From the NCBI GenBank assembly GCA_963666285.1, contig OY762711.1: a stretch of DNA of 64,000 bases. One strand, 5' to 3'. Below the pieces are notes generated by a model. The model saw only the letters and a program-made list of their open reading frames with translations. It did not search any database and was not told the DNA's origin. The stretch is from Sedimentisphaerales bacterium (GTDB lineage Bacteria; Planctomycetota; Phycisphaerae; Sedimentisphaerales; SM23-30). Positions within the stretch are counted from its first letter, which is position 1. Each line of letters opens with the position of its first letter. Made by a program: the position numbers and the translations under genes. Of the stretch, positions 1 through 8,691 are shown piece by piece.

Positions 1-579
1 ATGGCGGTTGCCCGTACGAAACGGTATCACGCCGTGGCGGGGATGCGTAAGGGCGGGGTATTAAAGGTGTACGACGACGCGCGGTGCATATACGGCGACA
101 CGGGATTAATAGGCAAAACAGCGGATGGATCGGTCTGGGCCAACCACTTACAGGACGAGGAAAATGTGATTTCGGCTGATGAACAGGCGGGAGTTTTTGT
201 GGTGAAGGGGTGCTTTAGTAAACGCAAGAGTAAGCTGGCAGACCCGACGAAATTGATAATATTTCGGATGTTGAATATGACGCTGGGCCGGTTTGCGCCG
301 AACCTTTTGAGGTCGCTATTGCAGAATATCTTGATAACCGGTAAGAACCGTTCGAGTTTCTGGTTCGAGCGGAAGATAATTTATGCCGGGGATAAGGTGA
401 CGATTGAGGATAAGGTTGACCCTAAGGCCGGGTTTGTTATGCTGAGTGTCGGTAGTGACGCGACGAGTATTTATGTGGCGGCGAGTAATGTTTACCAGGA
501 GTCGGTTATGTTGGACTGGCAGAATGCGTCGCAGGAAGTTTGCAAGGGGGGAGTTTGGAAGAGGATAATACAGGCATAA
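1..579 (+). CDS. Hypothetical protein, probably the C-terminal part of a gene starting before the window
   Basis: Open frame from base 1 to TAA at 577-579; codon style like neighbouring GC-richer genes; no family recognised. Confidence 0.6.
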   Translation: MAVARTKRYHAVAGMRKGGVLKVYDDARCIYGDTGLIGKTADGSVWANHLQDEENVISADEQAGVFVVKGCFSKRKSKLADPTKLIIFRMLNMTLGRFAPNLLRSLLQNILITGKNRSSFWFERKIIYAGDKVTIEDKVDPKAGFVMLSVGSDATSIYVAASNVYQESVMLDWQNASQEVCKGGVWKRIIQA

Positions 580-985
580 GGGAAGGAAACGCGGATATAG
601 GTAAAAAGTAAGAGGTAAGAACTAATAGTTGAGGTGTTGCTACGCAACGGTTTGATTAAATCGGCTACGCCGAGGATTTTTTTTGACCACGGAAAAAACT
701 GAAGAAACGGAAAAGATATTAAAAGGATAAAGGATAAAAAGAAAAGTTGTTAGTTAGCGGTTAGCAGTGAGCTAATTATTAATGCTGAATTATGGATTAT
801 GACAATATAAATTTCAGAGCGCAAAAGGGGACGGCCCCCTTTAATTTTTCTTTTACCACGAATGAACGCGAATAAACACCAATAATTTATAAAGAGACTC
901 GCTACCGCTCATGCTGATTTATGCTCAGCCGGGGACGGCTAAGCTACATCCCATAGCGATGTTGTGATGGATTGAAGTTGGAAAG
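580..985. repeat. Composite intergenic repeat tract: stacked heptamer, 9-mer and 10-mer tandem repeats plus short hairpins, including a REP-like palindrome
   Basis: AGGTAAG-type x5 (599-633), GTTGC-TAC-GCAAC (636-648), TCGGC-TAC-GCCGA (661-673), ACGGAA 9-mers (686-712), AAAGGAT x2, GTTAGCR-type x3 (753-773), AATTATG-type x3 (781-801), AAAGGGG-ACGGC-CCCCTTT (824-842), CACGAAT-type 10-mers (855-883), CTCAGCCG-GGGA-CGGCTAAG-CTAC (925-948). Confidence 0.8.
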
Positions 986-1000
986 CTATCTGGTAAAGTA

Positions 1001-1963
1001 ATGACTATATATATGAAGAAGATGAATTTTAAAAAGATAATAATGTCGGTAGTTGCGGTTGCGGTGTCGGCCGGATTGATCTACTACCTTATAGGCCGAA
1101 TGGATAAACAGCAGGTATCGCAGATATGGCAGTCGGCGGATCGGAAGTGGCTGGGGATCGCGCTGGTGCTGACGTGTATGGTGCCGGTGTTTGCGGTTAC
1201 CCGCTGGCTTGGCGTTTTGCGTGCGCAGGGGATAAAGCTGCCGTTTATGGTAGCGCTGCGTGCGGTGCTGATGGCGAATATACTGAATAGTTTTCTGCCG
1301 AGTAAGGGCGGTGATATTGTTAAGGCGACGTATATCCGTCATCATGGCGGGCTGACGCTGGGGTTTGGAACGGTGATACTCGAACGGCTAATCGATCTGA
1401 TGGTGCTGAGTGTGATCGGGCTGCCGTGTTCGATCTATACTCAGACGGGCTGGGGGATCGGGGCGAGCGGGGTGCTGCTGGCGATAGTGGTTGGTGTGAT
1501 AGTAACGGCGACGGTGCTGCCGATAGAGAAGATGCCTTTGCCGGGTAAGATGAAAATGAAGTTTCTGGATTTGCAGCAGGTGTTTCCGAAATGGCTTAAG
1601 CGGCCGGGGTGTATGGCGCAGACTTTTTTGGGGTCGGTTTGTGTGTGGTCGATAGCAGGGTTTACGATTGTTTGTTTGATCGAGGCGTTTGGGCTGGAGC
1701 TTAGCTGGCTAAACGCATATGCGATATTCCCGGTTGGGGTGCTGGCCGGGCTGGTGCCTGCTTCTGTTAGCGGGATAGGGATACGTGATACGGTGTTTAC
1801 CGAGCTGCTGGTGGCGGCGGGGGTAGCGGAGTCCGGTGCGGCGATGGTGGCGATGGGCTATACGGTTTATGCGTACTGGCTGTTGAGTCTGGTGAGTCTG
1901 CCGGCGGCGGGAATTCAGATATTTCAAACGTGGTTTGAAATATCTGGAAAGGGTAAAGAGTAA
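1001..1963 (+). CDS. Lysylphosphatidylglycerol synthase TM / UPF0104 flippase-like membrane protein (start may be 1013 or 1022)
   Basis: Multi-TM; motifs RW..L, NSFLPSKGGDIVKA, ERLIDL, P.SVSGIGIRD. Confidence 0.85.
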   Translation: MTIYMKKMNFKKIIMSVVAVAVSAGLIYYLIGRMDKQQVSQIWQSADRKWLGIALVLTCMVPVFAVTRWLGVLRAQGIKLPFMVALRAVLMANILNSFLPSKGGDIVKATYIRHHGGLTLGFGTVILERLIDLMVLSVIGLPCSIYTQTGWGIGASGVLLAIVVGVIVTATVLPIEKMPLPGKMKMKFLDLQQVFPKWLKRPGCMAQTFLGSVCVWSIAGFTIVCLIEAFGLELSWLNAYAIFPVGVLAGLVPASVSGIGIRDTVFTELLVAAGVAESGAAMVAMGYTVYAYWLLSLVSLPAAGIQIFQTWFEISGKGKE

Positions 1964-1980
1964 AATAAAAAGTGTAAAGG

Positions 1981-2102
1981 AGGTGCCTGCACCGTACGGT
2001 ACAGGACCTAGTTTAAATCGGCTGACGCCGAGGGAAAATGCTTTACCACGAATGGACACGAATTTACACGAATTAATAATAAGGAGACGGACTCTTTTAA
2101 TT
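1981..2102. repeat. Second composite repeat module
   Basis: Hairpin 1981-2009, TAAATCGGC-TGAC-GCCGAGG 2014-2033, 43-bp block 2042-2084 identical to 4371-4413, AAGGAG-ACGGA-CTCTTT hairpin 2081-2097. Confidence 0.85.
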
Positions 2103-2320
2103 CTTTATTTTAATAATGTTTATTGTCTAAGTGAGTTTTTATGAATAAAATACTGTTTATTATTTGTATTGTATTCCTTTTTTGTACTTGTGGCTGTAAG
2201 TACGATGAAGAGCAGTTTTGGGCTGATATGGCTTTACGTGGACATAGTTCAAAATATATGATGTCTGGAGCTGCAGCCAGGCCACTGTATGAGTCAAATA
2301 AAGTTGATTTTTATATAATA

Positions 2321-3657
2321 ACTGAACTTTTGCAAAATTAGGGTAAAGCTAATTGTACTTTAATACGTTTAAAACTTGTTCCGTTGGATTCGATTTGATC
2401 AACCACCCAAGCGATTGTATTGCTGAGAGTTTCTCGCATAACTGCCATACAAGATTGTCCTATGGTCGTCAGGCGTTCTCGTGCCCATTCACACACACGG
2501 TTCTGCTGCATTTGAGTCAAAAGTACGCTATACGCCAGAAACACCATGTACATGTGTCTTGTCTGACCCAGGCCGCTTCTAAGCTGACAGTCGCCCATGC
2601 CCAAATACTGCTTGCCGTCTCGATGAAAGCACTCTGTGCCTTGCCAGCGGCAGCGATAGACCTTCAGGATACGAATCGCTTCCCAGTTGCATCGATTGCA
2701 AACCAGAATCTTTTTAGGTTCAATATCATTCTTTTTATGCCAGATAATCAGGATACGTACTTTGTGGTCTACACCAGGAATCCTGATACTTTTAGTAAAG
2801 TAATATTGGCGATGCTTGCCAATAGTTATGAGTTTTTTGATTTCAGGGTCAATAGATTTGGCTACTTCTTCAGCCTTTATTACTTTGCCCTGAAATATAG
2901 TCTTACGATTTGTTTTCAAATCACCAACATAATTACGTTCATACTGGTTTATATGGTTAAGGTTGTCGCTATGGGTAAACCAGCTATCGAAGGTAAAGTC
3001 ACCGGGAATATCGTTAGCTACAGTCCAGTCAACCAGATTGCGGAAAAGGATATTATGATCCTGAAATTCAATGCCCCGTTCCAGACAATCTTCTTTTTTG
3101 ACAAATCTGTAAAACTCCAAAGGATAATGTTTCCCGGAATTACAGACATAATTGGCTATCAGGTAATCATGGGCTATTTTATTACGTTGATCTGCATGAT
3201 CCCAGAAATATCCTACATCCTCAATATGTTTACCACTATGGTCTATCAGAACATTATCAAGGGCAATAACCCCAGAATCGCTATATCTGGTTTTAGGGTC
3301 TTTCTGCAGCCACTCCAGTCTGGCAGTGTTAAGCGATTCTTCGTCCCATTCAACATCGGTGAGAAACCGGTTGAGACAGGATTGATCAGAGGCAAATGCA
3401 AATTCCCTGTTGATGGCAGAGACGTTTTTCTTGCGGGCAATGATAAGACCGGTGATATACTCAGCAAAATGACGACGTTCAGGCTCATTTTGAAAATGAT
3501 CGCCAAATTCATCGACAGCTTGCTGGACTACTGTAGGGTATTGTACTATAGCTGGCATACCAAAATCCTTTCTGGGTTTTCGGAGTGCTCTGCTATCAAA
3601 TTTTATCGGTCTATACCACATTTTAACGTTAATTTTTTAATTTTGCAAAAGTTCAGT
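2321..3657 (-). mobile_element. Complete IS701-family insertion sequence
   Basis: Perfect 20-bp terminal inverted repeats ACTGAACTTTTGCAAAATTA (2321-2340 / 3638-3657); AATA duplication at 2317-2320 and 3658-3661 (equivalently 6-bp TAATAA with 19-bp IRs); single DDE transposase. Confidence 0.92.
2338..3558 (-). CDS. IS701-family DDE transposase (likely start MPAIVQ at 3558; stop lies inside the IR)
   Basis: YITGLI..RKKN, IALDNV, FDSWF, RWQGTECFHRDGKQYLGMGDCQLRS motifs. Confidence 0.88.
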   Translation of the reverse strand: MPAIVQYPTVVQQAVDEFGDHFQNEPERRHFAEYITGLIIARKKNVSAINREFAFASDQSCLNRFLTDVEWDEESLNTARLEWLQKDPKTRYSDSGVIALDNVLIDHSGKHIEDVGYFWDHADQRNKIAHDYLIANYVCNSGKHYPLEFYRFVKKEDCLERGIEFQDHNILFRNLVDWTVANDIPGDFTFDSWFTHSDNLNHINQYERNYVGDLKTNRKTIFQGKVIKAEEVAKSIDPEIKKLITIGKHRQYYFTKSIRIPGVDHKVRILIIWHKKNDIEPKKILVCNRCNWEAIRILKVYRCRWQGTECFHRDGKQYLGMGDCQLRSGLGQTRHMYMVFLAYSVLLTQMQQNRVCEWARERLTTIGQSCMAVMRETLSNTIAWVVDQIESNGTSFKRIKVQLALP

Positions 3658-3971
3658 AATAATTAACTTTCATCCCAAAACACCAGATAATATTGTGGTA
3701 AAGGTAGTCTTTGAAAATCCATTGGATAAGAATAGTCCATTTTTGATATTAAAAGACTATGCAATCTCTCCTAAAAAGATATTGCTTAAAACACCTCCAG
3801 TTGCCGGAGTTAAGCCAAACCATACTTATTCCGTTGATATTAAACTATATAATAGAGGAGATTTAAATAATCCGATAGACTGTCTAGATAATCAGTATAT
3901 AAATTCTGGCAATGTTAGTTCTGATTTGTCAGGAAGTTTGATTTTTTGCAGATAATGAAAGGTTTTTATTT

Positions 3972-4268
3972 ATGAAAATACTTACATATTGCTTTTGTGT
4001 TACTGCATTATTAATAAATGGTTGTATCAGAGGGTACAGTGACTTTGTCAGTCAATGTGATAATATGGTAGGTTGTAGTGTAGAATTATCTCCATATGAT
4101 CCAGCTAAGATAACATCATTTGATGAAAAACAGGATGCGTATCATTATGTTTTTGAAGATACTGGGTGTAAATTTATTTATTATGTAAATAAATATACAG
4201 GAATAGTTGAATCATGGGAATTTGTGAGTTCGCCTGATAATTGTTATCTAATATATCAGGGGTACTAG
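3972..4268 (+). CDS. Small AT-rich lipoprotein
   Basis: GAAAGG RBS; signal peptide ending LLINGC. Confidence 0.75.
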   Translation: MKILTYCFCVTALLINGCIRGYSDFVSQCDNMVGCSVELSPYDPAKITSFDEKQDAYHYVFEDTGCKFIYYVNKYTGIVESWEFVSSPDNCYLIYQGY

Positions 4269-4274
4269 TTTTGT

Positions 4275-4550
4275 GGTGTTGATTAAATCGGCTTATGCCG
4301 AGGAAGAGAGAATCGCAGAAGGATACCGATGGATGTAGATAAAGATGTTGGAAATGCAAATACATAAAAGTTTACCACGAATGGACACGAATTTACACGA
4401 ATTAATAATAAGGTGACTCGCTACCGCTCGTGTATTATTAATATAGGGTTAAGGTTTCAGTAGTCAGGGAAGGAAAGCCGCGGATCGGCATGCTAATTAT
4501 ATTCGGCAAATGCCGAGGGAAAGATAACCGCAGATTATCGCTGATTATTT
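4275..4550. repeat. Third composite repeat module
   Basis: TAAATCGGC-TTAT-GCCGAGG 4284-4303; 43-bp block 4371-4413; GACTCGCTACCGCTC at ~4415 (also at 896); AGGGAAGGAAA..CGCGGAT at ~4466 (also at 579); TCGGC-AAAT-GCCGAGG 4503-4518; CGCAGATT-type 10-mers ~4526-4546. Confidence 0.85.
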
Positions 4551-4711
4551 TATTATTATTTGTGTCGAGTCAGTGGGAAAATAGAAAAGAAAATTGATGT
4601 CGTAAAGTTTAGCATTTACTTTTTCTATTGCTGATTTATGCGTAACCGGTGATAATGTGAACTACATGATGAAGAAGTGAGTTACTAATTGACATAGATG
4701 ACGGAGGCTGC

Positions 4712-5194
4712 ATGAATAAAATACAGGACACTAATTTTGTTTTGATATTATTTATAATACTATCAATTGCACAAGGAATATTAATATTAAAGCAATATAA
4801 TAAGATATCGCTTTTAGAAGATTCTGCCCAAATTTACCATAATTATATTATACACGCAGAAAAGTTGAACTCATATAATATTAAACTGTCTAATTATGAT
4901 GTTGACCTTAAAAATGTTGTCTTAAAGTATAAAACCCAAGAGTATAAAACAATATCATTAGGTGATTTGCCCGCGTTAGATTTTGGGGCAAAGGTTACTG
5001 ATGATAATAGAGAGAGTCATGTTATTAGGTATCATATTGATGATATGGCATCTCCAATATGTTTTGAAATTACAGGTGTTCGTGGCGATGGTACGATTTT
5101 TGAAGGGAAAGTGTCTGGCTTTCATATAAGAGAAGATAACGAAACTTTTGAAACATTTATACCTGAAGACGGTAAAGAATTACGATATCATTAG
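4712..5194 (+). CDS. AT-rich hypothetical protein with N-terminal TM anchor
   Basis: GGAGG RBS; 160-aa ORF with hydrophobic N-terminus. Confidence 0.75.
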   Translation: MNKIQDTNFVLILFIILSIAQGILILKQYNKISLLEDSAQIYHNYIIHAEKLNSYNIKLSNYDVDLKNVVLKYKTQEYKTISLGDLPALDFGAKVTDDNRESHVIRYHIDDMASPICFEITGVRGDGTIFEGKVSGFHIREDNETFETFIPEDGKELRYH

Positions 5195-5309
5195 TATATA
5201 ATTAAACGAAAAACTGTCTCGGGTTATTTGATCGTGAAGGGTGTGGAGTTAGAGGAGAAATAGAGAAGGGTATGTATCAGTTACTTTATTGTGTTAAGTA
5301 ATATGGAGC

Positions 5310-5654
5310 ATGGTTATGAAGAATGTTATTTATATTTTGTTGTTGTTACTAATAATATTATTGTTGCTAGTAGTTGTTATTTATGATAATTCACAGGAAT
5401 ATATTGACAAAATTAAAAACGTGCAAACTTCAGGACAAGAAAAACAAGTCTTTCTTGAATTACATTCAGAATGTCTTAAAGGCAATATTGATTATGTTCT
5501 CAATTTTTATGATAATAATGACTGTGAAATAAAGTATTTTGATTCTAATTTTTGGAGTGTAGTTAAATATGTTGAGTTCAACATTGTTGGATATTCAGAG
5601 TATAAACATACAATAATTGATATCAATAATTTAGAAATTTTAATGAGAGAATGA
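5310..5654 (+). CDS. AT-rich hypothetical protein with N-terminal TM anchor
   Basis: GGAG RBS; Leu/Ile-rich N-terminal helix. Confidence 0.7.
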   Translation: MVMKNVIYILLLLLIILLLLVVVIYDNSQEYIDKIKNVQTSGQEKQVFLELHSECLKGNIDYVLNFYDNNDCEIKYFDSNFWSVVKYVEFNIVGYSEYKHTIIDINNLEILMRE

Positions 5655-5722
5655 TATGTGTGACTTATTAAGTAAGTTTTTCTTACTCGAAATTTACCAT
5701 TTAACGAAAAAGGAAATTGATT

Positions 5723-5839
5723 ATGAAAATATTAATGATAACAATGTTTATATCAATATGTTTTTGTTTAAATGGATGCAAGAAAGATGAAGCAGAAATA
5801 CATGTAAATCCATTGATCGTATTAATTGGCCTCAATTAA
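5723..5839 (+). pseudogene. 38-aa lipoprotein-like ORF, probably a truncated gene (absent from ORF track)
   Basis: AAGGA RBS; MKILMITMFISICFCLNGCKKDEAEIHVNPLIVLIGLN*; lipobox LNGC resembles the 3972 gene. Confidence 0.55.
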
Positions 5840-5948
5840 GCCTTGACAGGCCGGTAGATGCCGGGTTTGTCGAGCTTCCGATAAATCTGGATTATATTCT
5901 GCCCGGTGTTCCCAGGAAATATTTTTTGCTGAAAAAAGGAAAGTAGAA

Positions 5949-8168
5949 ATGGAAAAAAGTCTATTATTAAATAGAGTTGTTATTGTATTGGCTATGGTTG
6001 CGGCGGTATTGTCGGGCCAGGATTATGTATCGGTTGGCATGGGCAGCTATAAGAAGAGTATGCCGGGGAATGTGCCGGGACCGCAGAAGGAGATATATAA
6101 GACCGGAAAAATAACCGGCCCGATACCGACTACCGACTGGTGCAGCAGTTTATACTGGGAGAAGTATTCTTCGAATCATTTTGCCCTGCCGCTGGCGATG
6201 TGTGCCGGGGAGAAGGGGTTGGGGATCTCGTATCCGGGCGGTAATATCCATGCGGTAGATAACCATTTTTTCGGCAGTTATATAGATGAGTTTGTGCTGG
6301 GCCATTCAGGAGAGGCCAGGTTTCCGGATGCGCGGGTGGACGGATATAGCGACTGGTTTGTGGATGTGTTGTTTGAACGTGATGGCAGCAGTATGCGGCT
6401 GAGCTACGGGCATGGCAGCCCGTACGTTTACGCGATATATAAAAACGGGGGTGCGAGGCTAACGTTCCGGGAGGGATACCGGGTATGGTCCGGAAATGAA
6501 AATAGTGCGGTGCTGGGAATAACGCATATGGGTAAGCATTGGGCGTTGTTTGGGCCTGCCGGTTCGACGTGGTCGGGGCTTGGCACAAATGAGCTGGTGA
6601 ATAATAACGGCGGAAAGGATTATTTTTCGCTGGCGCTGCTGCCGGAGCCTAGCGAGCAGGCATTGAGGATGTTCGGCAGGTATGCGTATGCTCATGTAAC
6701 CGGTACAAAGGTGCTGTGGGAGTATGATCAGCAGAGCCGGATGGTGAAGACGAGCTATGCCGTAGAGACTAAATCATATCAGGGTGACGGCGAGGGTACG
6801 ATCATGGCGTTGTACCCTCATCAGTGGCAGTTTTGCGGCGACCGGGCGCTGCCGTTTATGTATAACTCTGTCCGCGGTCCGATGAAGGCTGTTGCCGGTA
6901 AGGGTTTTTCGACAGGTATGCGGTTTCCGGGTGTGCTGCCGTTTATGCCTATGACGGGCGGGTGCAGCTTTGGGATATTGAATGATTATGTGCTGAAGGC
7001 TGCGGATCATAATTTTGCCGACCCGCCCGATACGTATTGGGCCGGTAAGCAGCTTGGGATGCTGTCGAATATTATCCCGGTAGCGGAGATGGCCGGACAG
7101 AAGCTGCCGGCGGAAAAGTTTTTTGGTAATTTGAAGGGGCGGCTGGAAGACTGGTTTGATGCATCGAGGGTGAGTAAGAGTGTGCATTATTTTGCGTATG
7201 AAGATAACTGGAAGAGCCTGATCGGGGTGGCGCCGAGCTATGGCACAAACGATCAGCTGAACGATCATCATTTTCATTACGGGTATTTTATCCGGGCGGC
7301 GGCCGAGATTGCCCGGACCGATCGTAACTGGTGCAGAGATGATCAGTGGGGGGCGATGGTGGATATGCTGATCCGTGATATTGCCAGTGGCGATCGGGCG
7401 GATGATCAGTTTCCGTTTCTGCGATGTTTCGATCCATATGAGGGTCATTCGTGGGCGTCCGGTCATGCAAAGTTCGGCGACGGCAATAACCAGGAGTCAT
7501 CGTCAGAGGCGATGAATGCGTGGACTGGTATAATCCTGTGGGCGATGGCGACCGGTAATACCGAGCTGCGAGACCTGGGGATATATCTGTATACGACCGA
7601 GATGAACGCGATTAACAGCTACTGGTTCGATATTAATGATAACCTGTTCCCGGCTGGTTACCGTCAGCAGACCGCGGCGATCGTGTGGGGCGGTAAGGTT
7701 GACTTTGCGACGTGGTTCAGCGCCAAGCCGGAACATATTGTGGGGATAAACCTGCTGCCGATTCAGTCGGGTTCGCTGTATCTGGGGCTTTACCCGGAAT
7801 ATGTCAGGCGTAACCTGCTTGGATTGTATAGTTTGAACGGGGGCGGGTATAGCGACTGGCAGGAGACGTTTCTGATGTACGAGTCGCTGGCAAGTGGTCA
7901 GAGTGCGATGCAGAAGTTTAATGCCGGTCTGCTGCGTGATAAGGACCCGGTAGCACAGGCGTATGCGTATCACTGGATATCGAATATGGACTACCTGGGT
8001 AATGTTAACCGTAATATTGGGGCGGATTATCCGTGTGCGATGACGTTTACCAAGGGTAATATCAACAGCTATATGGTGTGTAATTATGAGCCAAACGAGA
8101 TAACGGTCAGGTTTTCGAATGGTAAGACAGTGAAGGTGAAGGCGAATGATATTTTTGTGGGGCACTGA
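5949..8168 (+). CDS. Secreted glycoside hydrolase family 81 endo-1,3-beta-glucanase
   Basis: Signal peptide; P.PTTDW.SS, DTYWAGK, LNDHHFHYGYF, GNNQESSSEA. Confidence 0.92.
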   Translation: MEKSLLLNRVVIVLAMVAAVLSGQDYVSVGMGSYKKSMPGNVPGPQKEIYKTGKITGPIPTTDWCSSLYWEKYSSNHFALPLAMCAGEKGLGISYPGGNIHAVDNHFFGSYIDEFVLGHSGEARFPDARVDGYSDWFVDVLFERDGSSMRLSYGHGSPYVYAIYKNGGARLTFREGYRVWSGNENSAVLGITHMGKHWALFGPAGSTWSGLGTNELVNNNGGKDYFSLALLPEPSEQALRMFGRYAYAHVTGTKVLWEYDQQSRMVKTSYAVETKSYQGDGEGTIMALYPHQWQFCGDRALPFMYNSVRGPMKAVAGKGFSTGMRFPGVLPFMPMTGGCSFGILNDYVLKAADHNFADPPDTYWAGKQLGMLSNIIPVAEMAGQKLPAEKFFGNLKGRLEDWFDASRVSKSVHYFAYEDNWKSLIGVAPSYGTNDQLNDHHFHYGYFIRAAAEIARTDRNWCRDDQWGAMVDMLIRDIASGDRADDQFPFLRCFDPYEGHSWASGHAKFGDGNNQESSSEAMNAWTGIILWAMATGNTELRDLGIYLYTTEMNAINSYWFDINDNLFPAGYRQQTAAIVWGGKVDFATWFSAKPEHIVGINLLPIQSGSLYLGLYPEYVRRNLLGLYSLNGGGYSDWQETFLMYESLASGQSAMQKFNAGLLRDKDPVAQAYAYHWISNMDYLGNVNRNIGADYPCAMTFTKGNINSYMVCNYEPNEITVRFSNGKTVKVKANDIFVGH

Positions 8169-8223
8169 ATAAAAAAAGTTAGAAGATAGAGGTGAGAAGT
8201 TTTTGATGTGTTGCTGCGCAACC

Positions 8224-8679
8224 TTAGCTTAAACGACTGGTGTCGGGTTTGATAGACCGAGGCGATGTGCTAGTCACTTTTATCCTGGAAAGAATGATAA
8301 TCGAAGTTCCGGCGATGATGCAGAATGAGCTGTCCCATACGACGATGAGCGGTTCGGCTTTGAATAACAAGCCGCGGGTGAGCAGGACGATGCCGAGCAG
8401 GATATGAAAGCCGCCCATGAATGCCATGATTTTGAGTTTGTTCTGGGTGTCGAACATAAGGTAAATGAATATGGAGCCGACCATGCCGGAGATCATAGCA
8501 GCCATAACGAACCAGTATTTCAGGATGGGTGTAAAGGTTACGTTTATGCCGACAAAATCCTGGATGATTTTATCGCATAGTGACCATGGCAGAAAAGCTA
8601 CCAGTACCGGCGTGAGCCAGGCGATACTGAAGGCGATGAGGAATATTCTCCTGGCAAGTTGGATTTTACCGGTTTGCAT
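8224..8679 (-). CDS. Four-TM hypothetical membrane protein
   Basis: Four hydrophobic segments; 12 bp downstream of previous minus-strand gene. Confidence 0.7.
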   Translation of the reverse strand: MQTGKIQLARRIFLIAFSIAWLTPVLVAFLPWSLCDKIIQDFVGINVTFTPILKYWFVMAAMISGMVGSIFIYLMFDTQNKLKIMAFMGGFHILLGIVLLTRGLLFKAEPLIVVWDSSFCIIAGTSIIILSRIKVTSTSPRSIKPDTSRLS

Positions 8680-8691
8680 TTATGAAAGACT

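Larger units (their letters stand above)
2141..3955 (+). pseudogene. Small lipoprotein-like gene (~157 aa reconstructed) interrupted by an IS701-family element; pieces 2141-2320 and 3662-3955
   Basis: Removing the IS and one AATA copy joins ...VDFYII to INFHPKTPDNIVVKVVFENP... in frame; N-terminal hydrophobic stretch ending CTCGC. Confidence 0.85.

Noticed and set aside
1935..2144. 69-aa ORF containing PRMDTNLHE
   Set aside because: Translation of the repeat module; overlaps the upstream gene and has no clear RBS.
2353..3666. 437-aa ORF antisense to the transposase
   Set aside because: Fully shadows a well-supported transposase, has no recognisable motifs and runs past the IS end; its length is notable but unsupported.
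580..4550. CRISPR array or integron attC sites
   Set aside because: No constant repeat with equal-length unique spacers, no cas or intI gene, and no RYYYAAC...GTTRRRY boxes found around the hairpins.
6130..8165. Several 70-230-aa minus-strand ORFs
   Set aside because: Antisense shadows of GH81.
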